Shown: positions 21,383-31,673, numbered from the stretch's first letter. The stretch is DNA of 64,000 nt from an uncultured Chthonomonadaceae bacterium (GCA_963835065.1 CAWIEK010000063.1:64001-128000), one strand, 5' to 3'. The notes: generated from the sequence alone by a model not told the origin. Translations and numbers: made by a program.

Positions 21383-23038
21383 ATGCCTGATGCACCTACT
21401 AACGCCCCTAAGCCTGACGCGCCACTGGATGCCGCCGGCAATTATATCGTGCAAATGGAGAACATTACCAAGCGGTTCCCCGGCGTGGTGGCGAACCAAA
21501 ACGTGCATTTGCGCGTGGTTCCCGGCACGTTTCACGCGGTCATCGGCGAAAACGGCGCGGGCAAATCCACGCTGCTCAACATTCTGTATGGCCGTTATCG
21601 CCCGGACGCGGGGCGCATTTTTGTAAACGGCGAGGAAGTCACCCACGCCCTGCGCGCGCCTGCCGATGCGATCCGGCGCGGCATTGGTTTGGTCAGCCAG
21701 CATTACGCGCTGATACCGGCTTTGACGGTAATCGAAAACGTGATGCTTGGAGCCGAGCGCGGACTGCCCGGCGGATTGTTACAGCCGCGCAAGGCGGGCG
21801 CGCGGGCACAGCAGCTTGCGGAACAACTCGGATTGGCGCAGCTTGACCTGAATATGCGGGCAGAACGGCTGTCCGTCGCCGCGCAGCAAAAAGTGGAGAT
21901 ACTCAAGGCGCTGTACCGGGGCGCGCGCATCCTGCTGCTGGACGAGCCGACCGCAACGCTTGCCCCGCAGGAAGTCGAGTCGCTGTTCGCCCTGCTGCAT
22001 ACGCTGGCCGCGCAGGGTTCCACCATTCTGTTCGTCACCCACAAACTGCGCGAAGTGATGGCGCACAGCCACTGCGTCAGCGTCCTGCGGGCGGGGCAAA
22101 GCGTGGGCGATTACGTCACGGCGCAAACAAGTGAAGCGGAACTGCTGCGAGCCATGATCGGCGCGCGCACCAATGCGGCGGTAACGCTGAATATGGAGGA
22201 AGGGAACAGGGAACAGGGAACAGAAGGAACTCAATTGGCAATCGGCAATCGGCAATCGGCAATTCCTACTCAACACCCTTCCCCTTTGCTTCAAATCGAA
22301 AACGTGACGGTTCGGAACGCGCGGGGGGCGGAAGCCGCGCAAAGCGTGTCGCTGAATGTGGGGCGGGGCGAAATTTTGGGCATTGCGGGCGTGGACGGGA
22401 GCGGGCAACGCGAACTTTCCGAAGCGGTTGTCGGCCTGCTGCGCATGGAAGCGGGGCGCTTGTTTCTGGACGGCGTGGACATTACCCGATCCAACGTGCG
22501 GGGCAGGCAGCAAGCCGGAATCGCGTACATTCCCGAAGACCGTCACCGGGCCGGCATGATTTTGGATTTCTCGATTGCGGAAAACTATCTGCTCGGCCAT
22601 GAGCGCGAACCGGCATGGGGTGGCGGCGGAACATTGGACACCAGCCTTTTGCTGTCGCGCGCCCGGACAATGGTGGAGCGTTACGACGTGCGCGGCGGCA
22701 CACGGGGCGGGCAGGCTCCGGGCGGCGCGCTGTCGGGCGGCAATCAGCAGAAAGTGGTGTTTGCCCGCGCTATGGATTCCGGCCCGCGCCTGCTTGTGGC
22801 CTGTCAGCCGACGCGCGGTTTGGATGTGGAAGCCGCGCGTTTCGTCTATAAAACGCTGGAACGCGCCAAAGCGGACGGGTTGGGCGTCCTGCTGTTTTCA
22901 CTGGACTTGGACGAAGTGCTGCGCCTGTCGGATCGCATCGCCGTGATGTTCAACGGGCGTATCGCGGGCGTCCTGCCCCGCGCCGAAGCCACGCCGGAGC
23001 GTATCGGCGCGTTAATGACGGGAGCCGCGTATGAATAG
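21383..23038 (+). CDS. Nucleoside/sugar (CUT2) ABC transporter ATP-binding protein with two NBDs
   Basis: GENGAGKST, LLLDEPT, IAGVDGSGQ, LSGGNQQK and PTRGLD motifs; repeat-derived insert in the linker. Confidence 0.93.
   Translation: MPDAPTNAPKPDAPLDAAGNYIVQMENITKRFPGVVANQNVHLRVVPGTFHAVIGENGAGKSTLLNILYGRYRPDAGRIFVNGEEVTHALRAPADAIRRGIGLVSQHYALIPALTVIENVMLGAERGLPGGLLQPRKAGARAQQLAEQLGLAQLDLNMRAERLSVAAQQKVEILKALYRGARILLLDEPTATLAPQEVESLFALLHTLAAQGSTILFVTHKLREVMAHSHCVSVLRAGQSVGDYVTAQTSEAELLRAMIGARTNAAVTLNMEEGNREQGTEGTQLAIGNRQSAIPTQHPSPLLQIENVTVRNARGAEAAQSVSLNVGRGEILGIAGVDGSGQRELSEAVVGLLRMEAGRLFLDGVDITRSNVRGRQQAGIAYIPEDRHRAGMILDFSIAENYLLGHEREPAWGGGGTLDTSLLLSRARTMVERYDVRGGTRGGQAPGGALSGGNQQKVVFARAMDSGPRLLVACQPTRGLDVEAARFVYKTLERAKADGLGVLLFSLDLDEVLRLSDRIAVMFNGRIAGVLPRAEATPERIGALMTGAAYE
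22201..22285. repeat. In-frame heptamer mosaic (GGGAACA)3, (GGCAATC)n, CTCAACA
   Basis: Encodes GNREQGT...AIGNRQSAI.TQHP in the inter-NBD linker. Confidence 0.85.
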
Positions 23039-24209
23039 CCGCATTGCGCAATCGGGCGGGTGGGCGCGTCCCCTCCTGAGTATTGTGGCGGGACTGGCGC
23101 TGGCTGCCATTTTGATGCGGTTGTCCGGCTATGATGTGCGGGCGGCTTATGGCGCGCTGTGGAGCGGCGCGACGGGGCTGGAAGCGGGACATGCGCGGGG
23201 CGGAAGCCAGTTCGGGTTGGGCGCGCTGCCTTACCATGTCAACCTGTACCAACTGGCGCAATCCCTGTCGCGGGTCACGCCTTTATTGCTGGCGGGGCTG
23301 GCGATTGCGCTTGCGCTGCGGGCGGGATTGTTCAACATCGGGGCGCAGGGACAAATGACGGTCGGGGCATTGGCGGCGGCGGTTGTGGGCGAGTGGGGCG
23401 CGGGGAGTGGCAAAGCGGGCGCGAGTGGCGCATTGCCGCCGTTCGTCCATATACCCCTTGTGCTGCTGGCGGGCGCGGCTGCGGGCGGATTGTGGGGAGC
23501 CTTGCCTGGCCTGCTGAAAGCGTACCGGGGCGTCCATGAAGTGATTGCGACGATCATGCTCAATTACCTGGGCCTGAACATCGTCACATACCTGGTCACG
23601 CACAACTTCAAGGATGTGAAGAGTCAGGCTACGCAGACGCCGCAGATTGCCCGTTCTGCGATGCTGTCGCCCTGGGTTACGGGCAGCAATTTGACCGTTG
23701 GTTTTGTGATTGCGTTAATTCTTGCCGTTGCAATCACGTTTCTGATAAAGCGGATGAGTCTGGGGTATCAGATACGGGCGGTCGGCATGGGCGCGGAAGC
23801 GGCGCGGGCGGCGGGTATTCCGGTTGCCCGCGTGTTGATTACAACGATGTCGCTGTCGGGGGCGCTTGCCGGCATTGCGGGCGCGATTGAAGTGATGGGC
23901 ATCCACCATCGTTACGTGCAGGGCGTGGCGGGCAATTACGGCTTTGATGGCATCGCGGTTGCCCTTCTTGGCGGGTTGGGCGGGTTGGCCGTCACCCTGA
24001 GCGCATTTTTCTTTGGCTTACTCGCGTCCGGCGCGGATTACATGCAGACCCTGACGAACGTGCCCGATTCGGTAGCCGTGATCGTGCAGGCATTGGTGAT
24101 TTTGTTTGTCGGCGTTCGGCTGATGCGGGGCGAAAAGCGCGAAGCCGCCCCCATTGCGCCAACGCCGACTGCGCAGGAAGGATCTGCCACGCAACATGCC
24201 CCCCTCTAA
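23031..24209 (+). CDS. Nucleoside ABC transporter permease 1
   Basis: GLFNIGAQGQ, HEVIATIMLN and GFDGIAVALL motifs. Confidence 0.92.
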   Translation: MNSRIAQSGGWARPLLSIVAGLALAAILMRLSGYDVRAAYGALWSGATGLEAGHARGGSQFGLGALPYHVNLYQLAQSLSRVTPLLLAGLAIALALRAGLFNIGAQGQMTVGALAAAVVGEWGAGSGKAGASGALPPFVHIPLVLLAGAAAGGLWGALPGLLKAYRGVHEVIATIMLNYLGLNIVTYLVTHNFKDVKSQATQTPQIARSAMLSPWVTGSNLTVGFVIALILAVAITFLIKRMSLGYQIRAVGMGAEAARAAGIPVARVLITTMSLSGALAGIAGAIEVMGIHHRYVQGVAGNYGFDGIAVALLGGLGGLAVTLSAFFFGLLASGADYMQTLTNVPDSVAVIVQALVILFVGVRLMRGEKREAAPIAPTPTAQEGSATQHAPL

Positions 24210-25090
24210 CGTGATTGCCACTTTTGTTTCCGCCACGCTGTTCAGCGCCACGCCGCTTGTGCTGGCCGCGATGGGCGGCATCCTGTCCGAACGGGCGGGC
24301 GTGGTCAACATCGCTTTGGAAGGCTTGATTTTAACGGGCGCGTTCGTGGGCGTGGTTGCGGAACAAAGCGCGCATAATCTGGGCGCGGGCGCGGCGAGTT
24401 TCGGATTGGCGGCAGCGGTGCTGGCGGGCGGGCTTGCTCGGCCTGCTCCACGCCCTGCTGACCCAAAAACTGCGCATGAACCACGTCGTCAGCGGCCTGG
24501 GCATCAACCTGCTGGCGGCGGGCGCGACCCGGTATCTGAGCCTGCGCCTATTCCCGTCCGGCATCTCCGTCGTGGGGCTGTCGGGCAATCTGTTTCTTGG
24601 CCTGGCGATTGTCCTGCCGTTTGTGGTCTACTGGCTGCTGACGCGCACCACGTTCGGCCTGCGATTGCGCGCAGTAGGCGAAAACCCGGAAAGCGCGCGT
24701 ATGGCAGGCATTTCGCCCGCGCTGCCCCGTTATTTCGCGGTCACATTGTCGGGGATGCTGGCGGGACTGGCGGGCGCGTACCTGTCGCAGGCCGAGACGC
24801 GCAATTTTTCCAGCAATATGTCGGCGGGCCGGGGGTACATCGCGCTTGCCGCCGTGATCTTCGGCAAGTGGACGCCGCAGGGAGCCGCCCTCGGCGCGTT
24901 GTTTTTCGGCTTCTGCTACGTCCTGCAAACGCAGCTTCAAATAATGGGCAAGCACATCGTCTTTTTGGGCGTGGAGTGGACAAGCCCCTACCTGCTCGAC
25001 GGCCTGCCCTATCTAATGACCCTCGCAGCTCTCGTCAGCGTGGTAGGCCGCGCCACCCCTCCCGCCGCCCTCGGCAACGAAGACGCCTGA
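24196..25090 (+). CDS. Nucleoside ABC transporter permease 2 (frameshift near 24430)
   Basis: SERAGVVNIALEG in one frame; GLRLRAVGENP and GRGYIALAAVIFGKW in the next. Confidence 0.88.
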
Positions 25091-25301
25091 TAACCTGACG
25101 TACAGAGATAGGATTTTCGTCTGAGATGTTGTTGAAAACCTATTGACCATGAGCAGCAACTCTTTGGTGAATCGTTGACAACAGCCTTCTTTTCCATTAT
25201 ACTGTGATTGGTAAACAGAGTAGGGTTTTATTACTCAACAGAGTAGTGTTCCTTCACATTTGTCTGCTTTCACATTGATAAAAGGAAGGGAGGTTTTCAT
25301 T

Positions 25302-25649
25302 ATGTCAGAACATTATGCCGCGCTGAGTTCAGGTGGGATTAGCAGCACACAAACGGGTACAAAAATGGAACCGATAACCCTTTCCAAAAATGGCTTACCT
25401 ACGGCTCCTGTTGTAGAACCACGTATTTCATTCGCTGAGATCGGTCGAAAAGGGGATGCAATTTACGCGCGTCTTCGTCCTGAATTGGAAAAAGAGCATT
25501 ACGGAAAGTACCTCTTGATTGATGTTGAGACAGGAGAGTATGCGTATGATTCTGAGAGGGAGAAGGCGTACAACGCTCTCTTAACAAAATGTCCGAACGC
25601 GCTTGTCTACTGCGCGCGTATCGGCTGGAGAACCACGCTTCGTCCGTAA
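25302..25649 (+). CDS. Small DUF5678-like protein
   Basis: LRPELEKEHYGKYLLIDVETGEY...RIG pattern; AT-richer DNA; start uncertain. Confidence 0.6.
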   Translation: MSEHYAALSSGGISSTQTGTKMEPITLSKNGLPTAPVVEPRISFAEIGRKGDAIYARLRPELEKEHYGKYLLIDVETGEYAYDSEREKAYNALLTKCPNALVYCARIGWRTTLRP

Positions 25650-25667
25650 TGGCAGGATTAACAAACC

Positions 25668-26042
25668 ATGAATGGTATTGTAACCGACAGGCTGGAATTG
25701 CAAGTAGAATTTAAATTGTTTGCCGAAGGCAGGTTTTTTGATGCTAACGGCACAGTAGACACTCGGTTTCCAGCAGAAATAGTGATACCACAAAACAATG
25801 TGAGCGCACTTAACTTGAAGTACAAAATGCTGGACACATTCGATATGCTGGACGGCACTATCTGCTATATTCCTGTGTACGAAGCTGAAATTGAGTGGAA
25901 CAACAAGCGCCTGCGGGTTTATGTACATTCGATAGGAGAAGAAAACATTCTGATTGGTGTAGGATTGTTATTTTTACTTGACCTGGACGCTTACATTGCA
26001 CCCGGCAGTGAATTTGTCCTGAAAGAACATGAAAACCAATAG
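25668..26042 (+). CDS. Retropepsin-like (clan AA) aspartyl protease homologue with a DTR variant
   Basis: VDTRF at the DTGF position, LDG flap and LIGVGLL motif. Confidence 0.65.
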   Translation: MNGIVTDRLELQVEFKLFAEGRFFDANGTVDTRFPAEIVIPQNNVSALNLKYKMLDTFDMLDGTICYIPVYEAEIEWNNKRLRVYVHSIGEENILIGVGLLFLLDLDAYIAPGSEFVLKEHENQ

Positions 26043-26105
26043 TCCTCTAAAAGTAGAAGCAAAACCTGACAGTGATCTATCCTGTTGGTACAACGTAATT
26101 GCGCC

Positions 26106-26134
26106 TTGACAAATCGGCTTTCCTCCCGTATACT
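26106..26134 (+). promoter_or_regulatory. Sigma70-type promoter for tRNA-Gln
   Basis: TTGACA-17 bp-TATACT. Confidence 0.8.
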
Positions 26135-26185
26135 ATTTGATGGATACACGCGCAAGTAGAACGTTTTGCGGCGTATCCGCAATGT

Positions 26186-26256
26186 TCCCCGTTAGTTTAG
26201 CGGCAGAACGCCTCGCTCTGGACGAGGTAGGGGTAGTTCGAATCTATCACGGGGAG
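26186..26256 (+). tRNA. tRNA-Gln(CTG); CCA not encoded
   Basis: Acceptor stem TCCCCGT/ACGGGGA, anticodon arm CCTCG-CT CTG GA-CGAGG, T arm GGTAG-TTCGAAT-CTATC. Confidence 0.93.
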
Positions 26257-26269
26257 TTGGTTCGTTTTT

Positions 26270-26343
26270 AGGAAAAAAGGAAAAGGAGAAAGGAAAAAGT
26301 AACGCTTCTGATACTTTCTCCTTTCTCCTTTTCCTTTTTTCCT
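26270..26343. repeat. Inverted heptamer-like element (GGARAAA)n...(TTTYTCC)n after the tRNA
   Basis: Purine arm followed by a complementary pyrimidine arm; could double as a terminator. Confidence 0.7.
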
Positions 26344-26541
26344 CCCCATAGACGCGCTTTTTACTTGCGCGGAGCCGTAAAAATCCGTCTTGACAAACTG
26401 CCCCTGTTTTTGGGTACACTAATCATCAACAAAAGTTTGAGCCGCCGCCTTCTTTTTCTTCCTTTGTTATCTGCAATTTCATAAGCCAGCCGTACCCTGC
26501 GGCCAGCTTTCGCAAGTGTTTGGAAACACGAGGTTACTTTT

Positions 26542-27498
26542 ATGGGCGCAAGTAAGCGCAGTAATTATTCCGCCGGCAGTGGGCGCGGCGCGGGAGCCGA
26601 AGCCGCTCGCAACCTGGGCGTCGTTTTAGGATTGGGCGGCCTGAGTTTCTTCCTGGGCTTCTTTGTCCTGTCGCGCATGGTCCCAGATAAGCACGATACC
26701 AGCGGACTCGCGCCGTCTCCTGCCGTCACGACGCATGATACAGCCCCGGTTCCGACACCCACGCCTGATCCCGCGCCCCGTGAAGCGCGGACAGTGGCTG
26801 CGGCGCCCGCGTCCAGGCGGAACGACAACGGGCCGGAACTGGAACCGGCAACGGAACCCGCCACACAAACGCCCGGCAGTATAGACAGCGCCAAGCCCTC
26901 CCATTCGGACACTTCCTCCGCCAACCCTGCCGATAGCGCGGAAACCGGCGCAAATCCGGCAACGGGCGCGACGGGAGAAACAGGCAGCGCGTCCTCGACA
27001 ACGTCACGCACCCGACGGCACAGTCGTACCACCATGCCGGATGCTTCTTCCACCAACGACAAGGCGCAAGGCGACACAACCGACAACGGCGGATTCAGTC
27101 AGGAAGACCAGAAACCGTCGCGTATTGACCGCGACGCTTCCGGTGACGCTCCCTCCCGAACTACGCGACACACGGATGCCGATACTTCGTCTTCCCATTC
27201 GGATCGCAACGACAGCGCGACAGGTGATACGACCCACACCGCCACACCCGCCAAGCGCGCCCGCTACAGCGTACGCGGCAGCGCGTACTCCCGTCGCGAA
27301 GCCGCCGAGCGCGAAGTGCGCCGCATCACGGATATAGGACTGGAAGCCACCGTCGTCCCTGTCACAACGGAAGACGGCACAACGGTCTACCGCGTCCAGC
27401 AGGGCGTGTACCGCAATCGCTCCAACGCGGAAAAAGCCAAAACCAAGCTGTCGGATGCGGGCGTGGAAGCGGAAATTGTGAAAACAAGTGGTCAGTGA
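26542..27498 (+). CDS. SPOR-domain membrane protein (FtsN-like architecture)
   Basis: N-terminal TM, low-complexity linker and C-terminal YRVQQGVYRNRSNAEK SPOR-like domain. Confidence 0.8.
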   Translation: MGASKRSNYSAGSGRGAGAEAARNLGVVLGLGGLSFFLGFFVLSRMVPDKHDTSGLAPSPAVTTHDTAPVPTPTPDPAPREARTVAAAPASRRNDNGPELEPATEPATQTPGSIDSAKPSHSDTSSANPADSAETGANPATGATGETGSASSTTSRTRRHSRTTMPDASSTNDKAQGDTTDNGGFSQEDQKPSRIDRDASGDAPSRTTRHTDADTSSSHSDRNDSATGDTTHTATPAKRARYSVRGSAYSRREAAEREVRRITDIGLEATVVPVTTEDGTTVYRVQQGVYRNRSNAEKAKTKLSDAGVEAEIVKTSGQ

Positions 27499-27592
27499 TC
27501 AGGGGTCAGGGCAGTGTCTCTTTAATTTTAGTTTGAGCAAGGTAACAGTTTCAAATAGCAAGGTCTTCCCTGATCACTGACCACTGATCACT
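27487..27592. repeat. MITE-like element with heptamer inverted arms spanning two convergent gene ends
   Basis: AGTGGTCAGTGATCAGGG / CCCTGATCACTGACCACT arms around an AT-rich core. Confidence 0.8.
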
Positions 27593-28204
27593 CTCCACTT
27601 CTGCCCGAATCGCCTTCCAATCCTCCGCCTGCTGCGCTAAGGGGCGTGTGGAAATCACTACTTGTGGGCTGGGATGGTAGACAGGCAAAAGTCGTGTGCC
27701 GCGCCAGTCAATGCACCGCCCGACGCCCGACGCCAATGTGAGGCCGTGCGGTTCCAGCAGGTGCAGGGCGCGCAGGGCGGTTGCGCCCACGCTGACGACA
27801 AGCGGCGGCTGAAGCAACTCCAACTGACGACGCAAAAAGCCGCCGCAGTTCGCAATCTCCGAAGTGGTGGGCTTGTCGTTTGCGCCGCTGATTTTGCGCG
27901 GGTTGCACAGCACGGCATTGGTGATAAAGACGTTTTCGCGCTCCAGCCCGGCCTGCTCCATCAGCCAGCGAAAGTGCCTGCCGGACGCATCGCCCTGCAT
28001 CGGAACGCGGGTACGGTCGCCGCCCCTGCGTCCCGGCGCTTCCGCCACAAACAGGACGTGGGGCGTTCGCGTCCCGTTTTCGCGGCTCAACACTGCAACG
28101 CGCTCGGCCAGGCGAGGACAGCGCGTACAGGCTTGCGCTTCCACGCACAACTCATCGAACAGGCTGTCTCGCGCCTCATTTGGCTGTAAATGGAAAATTT
28201 GCAT
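27551..28204 (-). CDS. Uracil-DNA glycosylase family 4/5 (Fe-S type)
   Basis: CTRCPRL, FVAEAPG, TNAVLCNP and YHPSP motifs. Confidence 0.9.
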   Translation of the reverse strand: MQIFHLQPNEARDSLFDELCVEAQACTRCPRLAERVAVLSRENGTRTPHVLFVAEAPGRRGGDRTRVPMQGDASGRHFRWLMEQAGLERENVFITNAVLCNPRKISGANDKPTTSEIANCGGFLRRQLELLQPPLVVSVGATALRALHLLEPHGLTLASGVGRCIDWRGTRLLPVYHPSPQVVISTRPLAQQAEDWKAIRAEVESDQWSVIREDLAI

Positions 28205-28731
28205 CTTATTTTGCCTCACCTTAAAAGAAAATACGTCAAAAGGCTTGCGCGAAGCGTCTAAAACTTGATATAATAGCGGCGACACCCCCGACGCGCGTTC
28301 CGCTCCCCCTCCGGCGAACGATTATCAATTCACAGCGCTTTGCTGCGGATGGCATCCCTGTGCGGCATCCGGCAACAATCCAACTTTCGGCGCTTTGCAC
28401 TACCAAATGAACGATTCCGCAGGGCAGCGAGTTTTCCACGCGGCACAATCCCTGGCCGCGCGTGTGCGCCGATGATAATGGCATCCATTTTGGTTCTGCC
28501 GGCCATCGCGCCCGCGAAGAATGAACCGCGACATCTCTTTTCTCCTGTTTGCGCCGCGCCCCGGCGACCTTACCGGTAAGTAATTGATAGTTCATAGCTC
28601 ATAGTTGATAGAGATGCAGGAGCTACAAACTACCAGCGCCTTTCCGCTCAGGCAAGGACAGCGCGTAACAGGAATTCCCCGCGTTCGGCGCGCATGGCGC
28701 GTTCGACGCAATCCAGAAGGCAGGAACATAA

Positions 28732-29274
28732 ATGAGGAAAAGCGTGTTGTGGAACCTTTCCCACGTCCGACTCTCCCTCGCGCTGTTGTTGGCGCTCATG
28801 GGTTCTCTGGCAATCAACGGCTGCGGCGGCGGTGGCGGCAGCTCAAATAACAACACCGGCGGTAACACCGGCGGCACTACGGGCACGACCGGCGACCCGA
28901 CCAAAGCAACCATCACCGGCACGGTCACGGACACCACGACGTCCGCAGGTCCCGTCGTCGGCGCGACAGTTTCCGTGTCGGGCACGAGTTTTTCCACCAA
29001 AACCGGCGCGGACGGCAAGTTCACAATCATCAATGCGCCGGTCGGCACGGTTGGCGTGATCGTCACAACGCCCGATCCCAACGCCTATTACGGCGTTGTT
29101 TTGTACAACTCGAAACTCTACGGTGACCCGGCCAAATGCCCTATTGGTTTGACGACGCAGGCCAGTTCCAAAGGAACATCCCCGGTGGGAACCGTTCAGT
29201 TGTATCCCGGCGGAACCAACCCGCCCCCGCCGCCCTATGTCGGCGCGCTGGATGCCAACGGCTGCCCGAAGTAG
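28732..29274 (+). CDS. Lipoprotein with a carboxypeptidase-regulatory-like beta domain
   Basis: Lipobox-like INGC, Gly/Thr linker and ITGTVTD...GATVSV...TGADGKF. Confidence 0.8.
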   Translation: MRKSVLWNLSHVRLSLALLLALMGSLAINGCGGGGGSSNNNTGGNTGGTTGTTGDPTKATITGTVTDTTTSAGPVVGATVSVSGTSFSTKTGADGKFTIINAPVGTVGVIVTTPDPNAYYGVVLYNSKLYGDPAKCPIGLTTQASSKGTSPVGTVQLYPGGTNPPPPPYVGALDANGCPK

Positions 29275-29342
29275 TCCGCTTTCGCCGCGCATTGCCCCCG
29301 CCCCTGCTCAAGCCCTCAATCGCCTGCGCAGGGGCGCGCGTT

Positions 29343-29474
29343 TAGGGGTCAGGATTTAGGGGTCAGGGGTCAGGGCAATGCCACTTGCTTAATTTCGCAG
29401 TTTGAAGCGGTGATAGCATCTGAAATTTGCATCGCCTGACCCCTGACCCCTGACCCCTAAATCGCTGACCCCTT
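29343..29474. repeat. MITE-like element (GGGGTCA)n...(TGACCCC)n
   Basis: Complementary heptamer arms; the core resembles that of 27487-27592. Confidence 0.85.
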
Positions 29475-29518
29475 ACCTTCGCCTTGTCAGTTTGGCGCGA
29501 ACGTGGTACACTCCAATT

Positions 29519-30589
29519 ATGAGTACGTCCAAAGGCAATTTACGTCCGGTTCGTGTGTTGCGGCAGGCTTTTGCATGGCTGCTGGCGGCGGCATTTTGCG
29601 GCGGCGTGTACCGCGTATACCGCTGGGCCGAACCCTCGCCTGCCAGCATTGCCGCCATCCTGTCGCCTTCGCCTGTCAGCAACGTCAGCCTGGAATTGGA
29701 AGACGCCGCGTTTGAAAATTTCGCGGACGGCAAAAAGAACTGGTCGCTGTGGGCCAAGCGCATCGCCCTGGAACGCCAGCCTGGCGGCGTCGCCAACAGC
29801 CTGCAAACCGCCACCATTGACGGCATCCGCGACGGCAAGCTGTTTGCCAGCCCCATGGGAAGGGGTCAGGGGTCAGGGGTCAGGGGTCAGGAACAAACAC
29901 AGGGAACAGGGAACAGGGAACAGGGAACAGCAGGAACGCAATCGGCAATCGGTTCATCCTTCCTCCTGCATCCTGTATCCTTGCCCGATACCCAACACCC
30001 GACACCCGACACCCCTCCTCAGTCCGGCAGTGACAGCGATCCGGGCCCGCCATCCGCGACGTTTACCGCGCAGCATGGTCGGTATCTGGTGGGGAGTTCG
30101 GAGGGACTGCCTGCCGAGATGCAGTTTACGTATGCGGTGCAGTGGCAGTTTCAATTGACGGGTGACGTGAAAATTCAGACCCGCGAAGGCCACCGGTTTC
30201 ATGCGCCCGCGATTACCATTTTGGAACTCTACAACCGCAAGTCCACCAAAACTGAGCGGCATATCCTGTGCAGCCAGGGCGGCGACATTCAGGCCAAAGG
30301 CGCGACGGTACATGCCAACCAAGCCCGCTACGATGACAAAAACCAGACGGTCGAATGTTTGGGCGGCGTCCGCGCGCAATTGGAGCAGGACAGCGTACAA
30401 GCCGAAACCTTTCACTGGTCGTTGAAGGATGAAGTGATTCGCTGCCCGGAGCAGGCGACGGGAACATGGCAGCACACGCCTTTTACGGCGCAAAACCTTG
30501 TCATTGATTTGAAGCATCATCGCTATCGTAGCTCGGAGATGAATTTGCAGTTGTCGCAAAACCAGATTTTGAAGGGGCACATTCCTTAA
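29519..30589 (+). CDS. LptC-like periplasmic beta-jellyroll protein with a repeat-derived insert
   Basis: N-terminal TM, W.L.A..I strand pattern and short beta repeats; adjacent to an OstA-like gene. Confidence 0.5.
   Translation: MSTSKGNLRPVRVLRQAFAWLLAAAFCGGVYRVYRWAEPSPASIAAILSPSPVSNVSLELEDAAFENFADGKKNWSLWAKRIALERQPGGVANSLQTATIDGIRDGKLFASPMGRGQGSGVRGQEQTQGTGNREQGTAGTQSAIGSSFLLHPVSLPDTQHPTPDTPPQSGSDSDPGPPSATFTAQHGRYLVGSSEGLPAEMQFTYAVQWQFQLTGDVKIQTREGHRFHAPAITILELYNRKSTKTERHILCSQGGDIQAKGATVHANQARYDDKNQTVECLGGVRAQLEQDSVQAETFHWSLKDEVIRCPEQATGTWQHTPFTAQNLVIDLKHHRYRSSEMNLQLSQNQILKGHIP
29861..30016. repeat. In-frame five-family heptamer mosaic
   Basis: (GGGGTCA)4, (GGGAACA)4, GGCAATC, TCATCCT-like units and (CCCGACA)n. 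Confidence 0.9.
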
Positions 30590-30651
30590 TATCGTTTTTC
30601 AGGAACGTGTTGATGTTTGCGGTTGTTGTGTTTGCAGGAAAGGAAACGCGC

Positions 30652-31638
30652 ATGTTGAAACCACTGTTTTCCACTTCTTCCGCCGAGTCTTTGCGCTTGC
30701 GCCGCGTGGCGGCAGGCGCTTCGCTGGCAAGCGCGCTGCTTGTCACCTGCTGGAGCGTCGGCGTAAGCGCGCGACAGGCAAAATCCCCAACGACTAAAAC
30801 GCCGCCCACGAAATCGGCTGTCCCTTCCACTACCGCGGGTAAGACAGCTTCTTCCGCGCCTGTTTCTCCGCCTTCTGCCGACAAGCCCAAAATGGCAAAC
30901 CTCAAGCTCATTGACTTTGACGTAGACGAACATTCCGGCATCGGAACGGGACACAAATTTGTGTATACCACCGGAGACACCGTGATTTCCGGTGAGAATG
31001 GCCGCTACAACAAAAATCTGGAGGTTATGGATGCCGACACCAATTTGATTTTAGATGATCCCGAACATCACATTACGGGCGATAAGAGCCATGTGGAACA
31101 AAAGAAGTCACGGCTGGTTGTCACCGGCAATGTCGTGCTGACCTTGAAGCCTGAAAAAGCTGCCGCGAACGCCGATCCCAACGCTTCCGTGGATGATGCC
31201 AAGAAGCAGGGCGCAATCATCAACTGCGACGAGGTCGAAAGTTTCTACAAGAAAAAGTTCAATACCCTGCGCGGGCATCTGATTTTCAAGCAGCACATTC
31301 TGCGCCCCGGCAAAGAACCGCTGGACCGCATGGGTACGGCGGAACATGCCGAATACGACGGCAAAAAAGAGATGCTGGTGCTGTTTCCCCCGGTTCACGG
31401 CGAAGACAGCGAAGGCAAAAAGTTCGATTCGGAAAAGAACAAAGTCATCATCAGCACCAAAGCCGGTAACGAAACTATGAGCGGCGCGCAAGGCACTCTC
31501 GTCTTTCCAGTGCAGGAGGCCGAAGAGGACGGGGCGGATACGTCGCCGTTGCCCACCAATCCGGGTACTGCAAAGCCGGACGACACGAAAAAGGACGCGG
31601 GTACGAAAGACACGGGAAAGCCGAGTACCAGTAAGTAG
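30652..31638 (+). CDS. LptA/OstA-like exported protein
   Basis: Signal peptide; ITGDK...VTGNVVL and TAEHAEYD strand motifs. Confidence 0.55.
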   Translation: MLKPLFSTSSAESLRLRRVAAGASLASALLVTCWSVGVSARQAKSPTTKTPPTKSAVPSTTAGKTASSAPVSPPSADKPKMANLKLIDFDVDEHSGIGTGHKFVYTTGDTVISGENGRYNKNLEVMDADTNLILDDPEHHITGDKSHVEQKKSRLVVTGNVVLTLKPEKAAANADPNASVDDAKKQGAIINCDEVESFYKKKFNTLRGHLIFKQHILRPGKEPLDRMGTAEHAEYDGKKEMLVLFPPVHGEDSEGKKFDSEKNKVIISTKAGNETMSGAQGTLVFPVQEAEEDGADTSPLPTNPGTAKPDDTKKDAGTKDTGKPSTSK

Positions 31639-31673
31639 CCGACTTTTTATAAGCCGGGTTTCAGGGAACCGCA

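Noticed and set aside
25213..25246. AACAGAGTAG direct repeat upstream of the DUF5678-like gene
   Set aside because: Only two short copies in AT-rich DNA; too weak to call an operator.
26186..26256. tRNA-Gln as an island attachment site
   Set aside because: No duplicated tRNA 3' end or integrase was seen in the window.
28820..28900. GGC/ACC-rich repeats in the lipoprotein gene
   Set aside because: An ordinary Gly/Thr linker with period 3, unrelated to the heptamer family.
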